From positions 1 through 59,638 of the IMG/VR virus record IMGVR_UViG_3300044645_001220: 59,638 nucleotides of DNA, one strand, 5' to 3'. The stretch's first letter is position 1, and every line of letters begins with the position of its first letter. Positions 1-7,614 of this stretch are shown here, in pieces. This stretch comes from a virus. Its lineage: Duplodnaviria; Caudoviricetes. The position numbers were made by a program, and so were the translations under genes. The notes beneath the pieces are model-generated. The model did no database searches. It was not told the DNA's origin and saw only the letters and a program-made list of their open reading frames with translations.

Positions 1-127
1 TTTTTTTTGCTCCCAGGCATCGCTCCCAGGCATCGCTCCCAGGCCGGGACCGTCGGCGATGCCGGTCCTCGTGGCATCGCTCCCAGGCCGGGACCGTCGG
101 CGATGCCGGTCCTCGTGGCATCGCTCC
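1..127. repeat. Terminal direct repeat (identical to 59512..59638), probably a circular assembly overlap
   Basis: Exact 127-nt identity between the two ends; 127 is a common assembler k-mer. Confidence 0.9.
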
Positions 128-176
128 CAGGCCGGGACCGTCGGCGATGCCGGTCCTCGTGGCATCGCTCCCAGGC
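9..176. repeat. Tandem repeats: 2 x 13 bp (GCTCCCAGGCATC), then 3 x 44 bp
   Basis: Identical 44-bp units at 35-78, 79-122 and 123-166, plus a partial unit at 167-176. Confidence 0.95.
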
Positions 177-464
177 AATGCTAAGCTATCGCCCAAAATT
201 CAGCACCCCGCGCCCCTAGTTGGTGAACCCGCAGCAGGAGGAGGATGGGACAATCGGCACCCCCCGAACGTACTAGGGGGGGGAATTATCGCACCCCCCG
301 GATTGTACCCCCCCGCTCAGGTGCGGTAGGGGGGGTATGGTATTCCCCTACTATGTGCCGCCAGACAGTTCTTAGATTCGGCGCAGTGATGCGTGCGATC
401 TGTAATCCGCCCCTGCGCCGATTTTGACCTCTCGCACGCGCGTATTGCAAGTTGCTATTGCTAA

Positions 465-518
465 GCATAGCTGTCGGGCGATTTTCAGCGTGTCGCATCC
501 CAAGGTAGGTGACAGGGC
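465..518 (+). promoter_or_regulatory. Conserved ~50-bp early-operon element, copy 1
   Basis: Ungapped match to 575-628 and 3775-3828 (GCWTRGCTG-N8-TTTTCAGCG-N2-TCGCATCCC-N4-TRGGTGA); enclosed by a perfect 12-bp inverted repeat (453-464/541-552). Confidence 0.6.
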
Positions 519-574
519 AGGGGGCTTTGGGCAGTGGCTTTTAGCAATAGCAGTAGCAAGTAGCTTTTAGCCAT

Positions 575-628
575 GCTTAGCTGTCCCCGATTTTTCAGCG
601 GGTCGCATCCCGGAATGGGTGAGGGGTG
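575..628 (+). promoter_or_regulatory. Conserved ~50-bp early-operon element, copy 2
   Basis: Same motif, directly upstream of the first early gene. Confidence 0.6.
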
Positions 629-665
629 CGACCGACCAACCAAGTTACTCATGGAGAAGAGTATC

Positions 666-1322
666 ATGCCAGCATTGTATGAGAAGTATCGCCCTTCTAC
701 GCTCGATGACGTAGTTGGGCAAGCAGAAGCCGTTAATCGTATTCGTTTCTTGCAGCAGAGAAACGGGCTTGTCGGTAAGGCGTTCTGGATTAAGGGGCCT
801 TCCGCCAGCGGCAAGACGACTCTGGCTAAGATCATGGCCAGTAGTGTCACCGATGATCTTGCTATCGAAGAGCTAGATGCCCAGGACTTGACGCTCGATA
901 AGGTCAGAGAGTTCTCCGATAAGTGCCGCAAGAGGCCGCTATTCGGGGATTGCTGGGCATTTGTCGCCAATGAGGCACACAATCTCCGCAGTCAGGTGGT
1001 TTCTATGCTCCAGACTGTACTGGAGGAGGAACACGTTCAGCGTCATGGACTCTGGATCTTCACTACTACTGACAAAGGGCACAAGAAGCTGTTCGACGAC
1101 AAGTTCGACAGTTCGCCGTTCCTCAGTAGGGCAATCACTATCGAGCTTACGCTGACGCCAGACAAGCGTATTGAGTACGCCCAGCGACTCATGGCAATCG
1201 CACAAGCCGAAGGACTCGATAACGGCAAGGGAATCGTCGATTTCGCCCACCTAATGGCCAGATGCGAGCTTAACTTCCGCAAAGCGTTTGGCGAGTTGGA
1301 AGTCGGCTGTATGTTTGCCTAG
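666..1322 (+). CDS. Clamp-loader-like AAA+ ATPase (DnaX gamma/tau or RFC N-terminal-like)
   Basis: LYEKYRPSTLDDVVGQ (RFC box), Walker A GPSASGKT, variant Walker B FVANEAH, FTTT sensor-1 and FLSR arginine finger; start chosen after SD TCATGGAG at 649-656. Confidence 0.85.
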   Translation: MPALYEKYRPSTLDDVVGQAEAVNRIRFLQQRNGLVGKAFWIKGPSASGKTTLAKIMASSVTDDLAIEELDAQDLTLDKVREFSDKCRKRPLFGDCWAFVANEAHNLRSQVVSMLQTVLEEEHVQRHGLWIFTTTDKGHKKLFDDKFDSSPFLSRAITIELTLTPDKRIEYAQRLMAIAQAEGLDNGKGIVDFAHLMARCELNFRKAFGELEVGCMFA

Positions 1323-1352
1323 ATTGCCTATCCTTACTGACATTTTGTCAGT

Positions 1353-1394
1353 GCCGCAGAGTCGGTCACAGGGGGTTCGATTCCCTCAAGCGGC
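1353..1394 (+). ncRNA. Minimal tRNA-like element (acceptor-like stem plus T-arm)
   Basis: GCCGC...GCGGC stem enclosing GGGGG-TTCGATT-CCCTC; no D or anticodon arm; intergenic. Confidence 0.45.
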
Positions 1395-1466
1395 TTTCCA
1401 CACGGTTTGTAGCAATGCCACAGCGTTTGTGGCGTTGCCGGTTTCTAGTCTCATGGAGAGATAGCT

Positions 1467-1862
1467 ATGGTCCCGTTCTATGTCAAAGACCGATCCTACA
1501 GGGTGGAGCTTATCTGCGATCCACTGCCCGGACAGCCAGAGAGCCACACCAACAAGATTTTGGTGAAGGTTTACCACGAACCAGCGCTGAAGGAATATCG
1601 CATCATGGCGTTCCCGACGCAGGCAGAGCGTAAGGAGCTTGACGGCATTCCCTACGAAGTCACGAATGTCACCAAGTTTCGGGCTTGCATCGGCATTGTC
1701 GGCAAGACGCCTCGCTACAGCGACAAGCAGCTTCGGGACGTAGTTGCTCAGTCGATTCGCTCTGGTGCAGTTCTCGATTGCGTAGAGCAGGCTTGCAATC
1801 GTAACGGCCTAGTTCTATCTGCCGGGATGATCGAGAAGGTCGCCCCAAGCGTACTTGCCTAG
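1467..1862 (+). CDS. Hypothetical early protein
   Basis: 131-aa ORF with SD TCATGGAG at 1451-1458. Confidence 0.8.
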   Translation: MVPFYVKDRSYRVELICDPLPGQPESHTNKILVKVYHEPALKEYRIMAFPTQAERKELDGIPYEVTNVTKFRACIGIVGKTPRYSDKQLRDVVAQSIRSGAVLDCVEQACNRNGLVLSAGMIEKVAPSVLA

Positions 1863-1901
1863 TCCGTCGCCAGTTCCATTCACGTTCATGGAGAATGCAG
1901 C

Positions 1902-2195
1902 ATGACACCGAAGACCGAAGAAGATTTGATCTACGAAAGCGTTGCCGACTTGGCCTACAAAATGGCCAGAGAGCTTAAAGATCAGGCCATGAGCCTGTAC
2001 GACAGCATGACCGAAGACGAGAGGAAGAAGGTTCTTCCAGAGGAGGCACACGGCAAGAGGTACGCCGCCGCCAGGGTGCTTCTACTCGCAGCAAATATGA
2101 TCGACGAAAAGTCGCCTCTGCATCGCGAGTTCGCAGCAGAGTCGATCCTGAAGAATATCAAGTCGGCGAAACGCATTGTGCGTCAGCGACGATAA
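1902..2195 (+). CDS. Hypothetical early protein
   Basis: 97-aa ORF with SD TCATGGAG at 1886-1893. Confidence 0.8.
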   Translation: MTPKTEEDLIYESVADLAYKMARELKDQAMSLYDSMTEDERKKVLPEEAHGKRYAAARVLLLAANMIDEKSPLHREFAAESILKNIKSAKRIVRQRR

Positions 2196-2261
2196 ACGCA
2201 GAGTGGGGGCCGATGGCCCCTAATGCGGCCTTCCATCGTGGAAGCCAGTCACAAGCCTGGA
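2194..2261 (+). ncRNA. Twister self-cleaving ribozyme (P5-type permutation), copy 1; predicted cut at 2221/2222
   Basis: AA-CGCA-GAGTG, P1 GGGGCC/GGCCCC, TAA, P2 TGCG/CGCA, GC (T2), P3 CTTCCA/TGGAAG, P4 CCAG-TCACAAGC-CTGG, T1 CAC/GTG; matches the twister consensus. Confidence 0.88.
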
Positions 2262-2279
2262 TTCATGGAGAGTATGGCA

Positions 2280-2903
2280 ATGAGTACAAGAGGAACCTAT
2301 GGCTTTCACTCAGAAGTTCGTCGGCAAAGGCATTTCGTTTACATCCACCACGACAACTACCCAGAAGGAGCGGCAACCTATTTCTACACGGCACTCATGA
2401 GCGACAATCAACATGGAAATTTTGCCACGGTATTTGTTCGTTCCGTCAGTCGCTCGGAACTGACGGAAAGCCATGAAATCCACGCAGATACCGAGTATCG
2501 CTACGACGTAACGGGACATGGCCCGGATGCGATTCTTCTAGCATACGAACGCCAGCACAGCCAGAAGCCTGAGTGGTTTCCGTTCTTCAACGGAAGACTT
2601 TACGAGTTTATTCACCAATACCCTGACAACATCAACGGATTCGAGCCGTTCAAGAAGGTGGCCCTGCGGTACGACCAGACCATTGTGCTTAACGACACAC
2701 TAGCAGGTGTTCGATTGCACGATGCTCTTCGCAAAATGAATTTATGGAAAGTTACATTTCGCAATTCCGCCAACTGGAATCGTGTAACTGAAGAAGCGAA
2801 AGCTCTTATTGCGGCCTTTCCAGAATTGCCAGAGCGAATGGATCAGAATTTGATTCCAATGCTCGCTTACCTGAACGAGCATGAAGAACAAAACGCAGAG
2901 TGA
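2280..2903 (+). CDS. Hypothetical phage protein (MSTR...YIHHDNYPEG type) flanked by twister ribozymes
   Basis: SD TCATGGAG at 2263-2270; the last codons (QNAE*) overlap twister copy 2. Confidence 0.8.
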   Translation: MSTRGTYGFHSEVRRQRHFVYIHHDNYPEGAATYFYTALMSDNQHGNFATVFVRSVSRSELTESHEIHADTEYRYDVTGHGPDAILLAYERQHSQKPEWFPFFNGRLYEFIHQYPDNINGFEPFKKVALRYDQTIVLNDTLAGVRLHDALRKMNLWKVTFRNSANWNRVTEEAKALIAAFPELPERMDQNLIPMLAYLNEHEEQNAE

Positions 2904-2956
2904 GGGCTTCGGCCCGTAATGCGGCTCCCCACAGTGGGGAACGGTCACAAGCCCGG
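2892..2956 (+). ncRNA. Twister self-cleaving ribozyme (P5-type permutation), copy 2; predicted cut at 2917/2918
   Basis: AA-CGCA-GAGTG, P1 GGGC-TTCG-GCCC, TAA-TGCG-GC, P3 TCCCCA/TGGGGA, P4 CGG-TCACAAGC-CCG; core identical to copy 1 while the stems differ with pairing kept. Confidence 0.88.
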
Positions 2957-2966
2957 AGGAATCACC

Positions 2967-3353
2967 ATGAAGACGATTGAGATTTGCGGGTGCAGCGAAT
3001 GGTTTCGCTTGCACACTGAAGCAGTGCCGAACGGACTCGATAGCGACACAGAGAACGACGCTATCGCTTCCCTGGTGACTGACATCAGCCGAGCGCTCGA
3101 CCATTTGAGGTACGCCAACTACGTCGCAACTCACGGATACCACCAGTGGAACGGCTTGGACGGAGTTGCAGGAGGATACTCTCGCAGGCCGAGAATTGCA
3201 GGCGGCGTAGTTCGTGCAGTCGCTTGCAAACTGACGCCAGAGGAGGTCGATGAAGTAGAGAAAACCGTTTCTCAGTGCATGAGTGACTTCCGTGAAGGAC
3301 TCGATGCCGCCCTGGAAAGTTGCGGGTATTTCGCCGAGCCGGAAGACGAATAA
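2967..3353 (+). CDS. Hypothetical early protein
   Basis: ATG after GGAGGA at 2955-2960; the longer track ORF runs through the ribozyme. Confidence 0.75.
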   Translation: MKTIEICGCSEWFRLHTEAVPNGLDSDTENDAIASLVTDISRALDHLRYANYVATHGYHQWNGLDGVAGGYSRRPRIAGGVVRAVACKLTPEEVDEVEKTVSQCMSDFREGLDAALESCGYFAEPEDE

Positions 3354-3383
3354 AAAAGCCGCAGCAATTACGCCACGGCTTTC
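3352..3383 (-). terminator. Probable intrinsic terminator, possibly bidirectional
   Basis: AAAGCCG/CGGCTTT stem with an A-run on + (U-tail on -), between convergent genes. Confidence 0.55.
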
Positions 3384-3404
3384 ATACGATCGGCGATGGG
3401 TTCG

Positions 3405-3515
3405 CTACTTGCACTTACAGGTGCCAGACCCACACTTGCGGCAACCGCCGCCCTTGCCGCCCTTGCCGCCACCTTTACCGCCCTTTGTCCCCTTCATAGG
3501 AGTGCCCTTTGCCAT
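3405..3515 (-). CDS. 36-aa Gly/Lys/Cys-rich peptide (MAKGTPMKGTKGGKGGGKGGKGGGCRKCGSGTCKCK)
   Basis: Translated by hand (below the ORF-track cutoff); own sigma70 promoter upstream and terminator downstream. Confidence 0.7.
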   Translation of the reverse strand: MAKGTPMKGTKGGKGGGKGGKGGGCRKCGSGTCKCK

Positions 3516-3550
3516 GAAGACTTACTGAAAACCGTAACGCCACAGGTCGA

Positions 3551-3579
3551 AGAGTATCACTGTTTTGTTGTCGTGTCAA
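3551..3579 (-). promoter_or_regulatory. Sigma70-type promoter for the antisense peptide gene
   Basis: TTGACA-17 bp-TACTCT with a TG extension on the minus strand. Confidence 0.7.
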
Positions 3580-3596
3580 ATTCATGGAGGTGCATC

Positions 3597-3770
3597 ATGC
3601 TACGAATCACGGTTCCCGTTGGGGCAAGTTTCATAGTGGGGAAAGCCACTGTTACCCTACTCAAGCGCCACGGAAACCATATCTCGGTGACGGTTGAAGC
3701 GCCGAAGGAAATCCCCATTCGGCGTATCCGCCAAGACGGTACTCCAGTAGAGAGAAAACCAGCCAAGTAG
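3597..3770 (+). CDS. csrA: CsrA/RsmA-family carbon storage regulator homologue (57 aa)
   Basis: MLRITVPVGASFIVGKATVTLLKRHGNHISVTVEAPKEIPIRR aligns with CsrA (ML....G....IG...V.V....G..V......APKE..V.R); SD TCATGGAGG. Confidence 0.8.
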   Translation: MLRITVPVGASFIVGKATVTLLKRHGNHISVTVEAPKEIPIRRIRQDGTPVERKPAK

Positions 3771-3774
3771 CAAT

Positions 3775-3828
3775 GCTTGGCTGGTCCCGATTTTTCAGCG
3801 GCTCGCATCCCGAAGTGGGTGACGGGCA
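3775..3828 (+). promoter_or_regulatory. Conserved ~50-bp early-operon element, copy 3
   Basis: Same motif as 465-518 and 575-628, upstream of the ATPase/vWA gene cluster. Confidence 0.6.
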
Positions 3829-3856
3829 AGTTTCAAATTTTTCATGGAGCAGAATT

Positions 3857-4681
3857 ATGTCGAACAATCTCGGAGAAGTTGTCGGTTGGTCAGTCGATAC
3901 CAAGGGCACTGTCGTTCACGATGTACGCCAAGCACTTGCCACCGCTGGTTTCGAGCCAGACGCCGCTAAGGATCTCAACGCCAAGCACGCCTGGGGCAGA
4001 GCGATCAAGTCGCTAAAGGAAAGCCGATCGATCGACAAGCTGGTTGACGAGGATGGCAGTATCAGCTTCCAGTTCACACGCAAGGCTGTTCTTGGTGGTC
4101 GATTCGAGTTCGATTACGAGTTCACAGTTCACCTTGACGCAACGACTGGCAACGTCACTTGTCCAGAGCGGCCAGATTTTGCGATCGAGGCACAGAACCT
4201 AGTCAATGCGGCCTACAACGACCGCAACGCCAGTGACATCAGCCGCATCGTCATGCGACTGTTCAAGAAACGTGCCGACCTGTTCCCAGTCATCCCCGAC
4301 AAGGGTGTGGTTTACTTCGTGCCGCATCAGCACAAGGAGTTCACCGACCGCATCGAAACTTTCCTGTCTGCTATGGGTGGCAAGTTGCATCGCTTTATTG
4401 TCCCCAAGGGTGACGAGAAGTCGAATCGCGAGGTCCGAGATTCCGTGATGGCTGGCATGGAGGAAATGATTCAGGAGCTTTCCGCTTCCGTCGATGGCTG
4501 GGACGATACGACCCGCACCGACACAATCAACCGCGCTCTTGACCGCTATCAGAAGATCCGCCTCAAGATGGACGCCTACGCTGAGTTCCTGTCCGACAAG
4601 TCAGGAGAGATCCGCACCCGCCTTGACGACGCCAGGAAGCAGTTCCTAGCCAAGGTCGAAGAGTTCTCTGCCGCCAAGTAG
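3857..4681 (+). CDS. Conserved protein upstream of the MoxR ATPase (DUF6744-like)
   Basis: LGEVVGWS and GVVYFVP motifs, helical C-terminus, position before the AAA-vWA pair. Confidence 0.6.
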   Translation: MSNNLGEVVGWSVDTKGTVVHDVRQALATAGFEPDAAKDLNAKHAWGRAIKSLKESRSIDKLVDEDGSISFQFTRKAVLGGRFEFDYEFTVHLDATTGNVTCPERPDFAIEAQNLVNAAYNDRNASDISRIVMRLFKKRADLFPVIPDKGVVYFVPHQHKEFTDRIETFLSAMGGKLHRFIVPKGDEKSNREVRDSVMAGMEEMIQELSASVDGWDDTTRTDTINRALDRYQKIRLKMDAYAEFLSDKSGEIRTRLDDARKQFLAKVEEFSAAK

Positions 4682-4735
4682 TTCACGTTCGATTTGTTTC
4701 AAGTGTTTTTCATCAAGGTTCATGGAGAATCCACT

Positions 4736-5830
4736 ATGTCAGTTCAAGCCAAGTTTGCCGCCTTCCGTACCGCCCTTCATGCTGGCATGGTCCAGCGAGA
4801 AGAGGAGTCCGATATGGTTCTCACGGCCCTTCTTTGCCGGGAACACGCCTTGGTTGTGTCGCCGCCAGGAGAAGGCAAGTCGATGTTGCTCGACGCCATC
4901 ATGGCATGGGCGAAGGCCCCCAAGTTTGATATTCTTCTCAACAAGTTCTCGACTCCAGAAGAAGTCCTCGGCCCCATCAGCGTGACTTCGATGAAGTCTG
5001 ACCAGTATCGTCGCATCACCGACGGTATGCTTCCGCAGGCATCGGTGGCGTTCCTCGACGAAATCTTCAAGGCATCGTCGGCGATCCTCAATACGACTCT
5101 CAAGATCCTCAACGAGCGTAAGTTCCGCAACGGTATCGAGACTCTTGACTGCCCCCTGCTATTGTGTGTCGCCGCCAGCAACGAGTGGCCTTCATCCAGC
5201 GACGGCCTGGGCGCCCTGTTCGATCGGTTCCTGTTCCGCAAGACGGTAGGTACGATCAACGACGAGCGTGGCATCAAGCGATTGCTCTGGGACGACTCGA
5301 TCGGCGTCAAGATTGCCGACACGATCAGCCTGCCGGAAATCAATCTGGCTTGCGATCAAGCAGCGGCAATGCCCTGGACGCCAGAGGCCCAAGACGCCAT
5401 GTACGATTGCGTGGTCGGCGTTCGCCGCGAAGGTGTTCACGTTGGCTCCCGACGTATTCGCAAGTCAGTGCGTGCAGCACAGGCTTTCGCTTTTCTTGAC
5501 GGTTCCGACGCTGTTCAGCCCGAACACTTGGAGATTCTTTCGCACGTTCTCTGGGAAGACCCCAGCGAGCAACCGAAGATCGTCGCCAAGACAATCATGC
5601 AGATTGCCAACCCAGGCAACGCTGTTGTGATGCAGCTTTTAACCGAATGCGAGCAGGCTGTTGACGGCCTCGACATCAAGGATGCAGCCGCCACCACTGT
5701 CTGCATCAAGAAGCTCTCCGAGATTCAGACGCAACTCAAGGGGACCAAGGGGACCAAGGCAACCGCCGCTCTCCAGTACGTCAGCGACAAGATCAAGAAG
5801 ATCAAGCTCGACTTGGTTGCAGCGTTCTAG
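4736..5830 (+). CDS. MoxR/RavA-like AAA+ ATPase
   Basis: SPPGEGKS, STPEEVLGP, FLDEIFKASSAILNTTLKILNER, ASNE, ALFDRF. Confidence 0.92.
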   Translation: MSVQAKFAAFRTALHAGMVQREEESDMVLTALLCREHALVVSPPGEGKSMLLDAIMAWAKAPKFDILLNKFSTPEEVLGPISVTSMKSDQYRRITDGMLPQASVAFLDEIFKASSAILNTTLKILNERKFRNGIETLDCPLLLCVAASNEWPSSSDGLGALFDRFLFRKTVGTINDERGIKRLLWDDSIGVKIADTISLPEINLACDQAAAMPWTPEAQDAMYDCVVGVRREGVHVGSRRIRKSVRAAQAFAFLDGSDAVQPEHLEILSHVLWEDPSEQPKIVAKTIMQIANPGNAVVMQLLTECEQAVDGLDIKDAAATTVCIKKLSEIQTQLKGTKGTKATAALQYVSDKIKKIKLDLVAAF

Positions 5831-5875
5831 GTTTCTCTTGTTCTGTTCACGTTCACCAAACTCAGGAGAATCACT

Positions 5876-7246
5876 ATGGATCTTCGCGACTTACTTGCCG
5901 ACAAGTCAGGCATCGACGACGGTACTGTCGGGACCGCACCAGTGCAGGCGACTCCAACCAAGTTCAGCCTGCACCATGACGAATGGTCGCAGCGACGGGG
6001 TTCCGAATTGTTCCAGGGCAGCGAGGAATTGCAGGGTATCTTCTCCGCTGTTGACGGCGACATCGCAGAGACGGCGACGACCGACTTCCGTGGTGGTGCT
6101 TTCGAGTATCGCCCCAAGCAGTCGGACAACTGCACCAATCCGCGACTCGCCAAGTACATGCAAGCCCTCATGGATACCGAGGAGTTCCGCCAGCTTCGCA
6201 CTGTCACAGTCGGCGACGAGAATGCCAGCGAGATTGCGGCCCTTAAGTTTGCGTCAGGGTTCGCAAAAGTCATGGAGGAAGTCACCGAGGAGCAGGCCGC
6301 TACCGATAAGGGCGAGGTCGCTATCGACGTTCAGGCTGTTCGTGCCGCGATGGACGCCAGCCAAGCCATCGATCAGTACGAGGATGTTCGCGACTCCCTT
6401 CCCGGTATGGGTGGCGATCCCGCTGGGGCCAAGCCAATTACGCAGGAAGCAGTAGCCGGTTTGTTCGGCAAGATCCGCAAGAGTTCGATGCTCATGGGAA
6501 TCATGCGACTGGCAGGACGCTACCGCCGCATCGCCCAGTCTGCCCAGCGCCGCAAGGTTCCAGTCGGCATCGACGATGTTGTCGGCGTGCATCAGTCAGG
6601 CGACATCGGAAAGCTACTGCCGTCAGAGCTTGGCCGATTGTCCGACCCGATGTTCGAGGACGATACCATGCGACGTATCGTAGAGAACGCCGCCCAGTGT
6701 CGCGAGCATTGCGGTAACGAGTCAGTAGGCAAGGGTCCGATTGTCGTGATCGTTGACGAGACTGGCAGCATGACCAACAACGATAACATCTACCACGCAA
6801 AAGCGTTCGCCCTCAGTCTGTACTGGGTGGCGAGCAGCCAGAAGCGATGGTGCTGTCTGGTTGGCTACGCCGGGGAGGGTATGAATGTTCTTGTCATCCC
6901 TCCTGGTGCCAACAAGACCGACCAAGTTCTTGAGTGGCTGGAGCATTTCGAGAACGGTGCAACGAATCTTTGCATCCCAGTCGATAAGCTACCCGCCGCA
7001 TGGAGTTCGTTCGGCTGTCCGAAGGGGCAGACCGACATCGTTCAGATCACCGACGCCATCTGCCGCATCCCTGCGGAGACTGTCGCCAGATTCAACACCT
7101 GGAAAAAGCAGGAGCAGGTTCGGTTCCTCACGATCGTAATCGCCGAGGCAGCAGGAGAAGCCGCCAAGATTAGCGACGATTGCTGGGTGTATAATTCAAT
7201 GGCCGCAGGCAGTGACGCCATCAACGACATTCTCAGAAAGGTGTAA
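5876..7246 (+). CDS. vWA-domain protein (ViaA-like MoxR partner)
   Basis: LLPSEL, GKGPIVVIVDETGSM (MIDAS), GATN, ITDA. Confidence 0.88.
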   Translation: MDLRDLLADKSGIDDGTVGTAPVQATPTKFSLHHDEWSQRRGSELFQGSEELQGIFSAVDGDIAETATTDFRGGAFEYRPKQSDNCTNPRLAKYMQALMDTEEFRQLRTVTVGDENASEIAALKFASGFAKVMEEVTEEQAATDKGEVAIDVQAVRAAMDASQAIDQYEDVRDSLPGMGGDPAGAKPITQEAVAGLFGKIRKSSMLMGIMRLAGRYRRIAQSAQRRKVPVGIDDVVGVHQSGDIGKLLPSELGRLSDPMFEDDTMRRIVENAAQCREHCGNESVGKGPIVVIVDETGSMTNNDNIYHAKAFALSLYWVASSQKRWCCLVGYAGEGMNVLVIPPGANKTDQVLEWLEHFENGATNLCIPVDKLPAAWSSFGCPKGQTDIVQITDAICRIPAETVARFNTWKKQEQVRFLTIVIAEAAGEAAKISDDCWVYNSMAAGSDAINDILRKV

Positions 7247-7248
7247 GC

Positions 7249-7605
7249 ATGGCAAAGTTCCAGCGATACAACTTCGATACCATGACGCCGCAGGAAAGTC
7301 GCAACGTAATCGGCAAGCGATTGCTAGCCTGCGGTGTCAAGTACGTCAACGTCAGGCATGACCCTTCCCTGCCCGACCGCACTACCGATGTTCTGGTTCA
7401 GGGCATCATGGCCGATATGAACCTCAGCACCGACGAGTTCAAGCCGTACTGGGAAAACTTCTGCGCAGCGTCCAACGCATTCCACGATGGCACTATCCAG
7501 AAGGCGATTGCCCAAGCAGTTACCATGACCGATGCAATTCAGTACGAGATTTCACCGTTCAGCAATGATAAGGTTGCGATCAAGCCAATCGGCTACATCA
7601 AATAG
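7249..7605 (+). CDS. Hypothetical protein
   Basis: 118-aa ORF, operonic spacing. Confidence 0.75.
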   Translation: MAKFQRYNFDTMTPQESRNVIGKRLLACGVKYVNVRHDPSLPDRTTDVLVQGIMADMNLSTDEFKPYWENFCAASNAFHDGTIQKAIAQAVTMTDAIQYEISPFSNDKVAIKPIGYIK

Positions 7606-7614
7606 GAGGCAGCT

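Noticed and set aside
35-176. 44-bp repeats as a CRISPR array
   Set aside because: Units are contiguous and identical with no spacers, and no cas genes are present
2223-2966. Track starts at 2223 and 2919 (MRPS.../MRLP...)
   Set aside because: These ATGs are within the conserved TAATGCGGC of the twister cores; better starts are 2280 and 2967
3396-3596. Ala-rich N-terminal extension on the CsrA ORF
   Set aside because: It is the antisense shadow of the KGG peptide gene; CsrA homology and the SD begin at 3597
573-3856. Similar N-termini MLSCPRFFSGSHP (573) and MLGWSRFFSGSHP (3773) as paralogous leader peptides
   Set aside because: They are translations of the repeated 50-bp DNA element; SD-supported starts are at 666 and 3857
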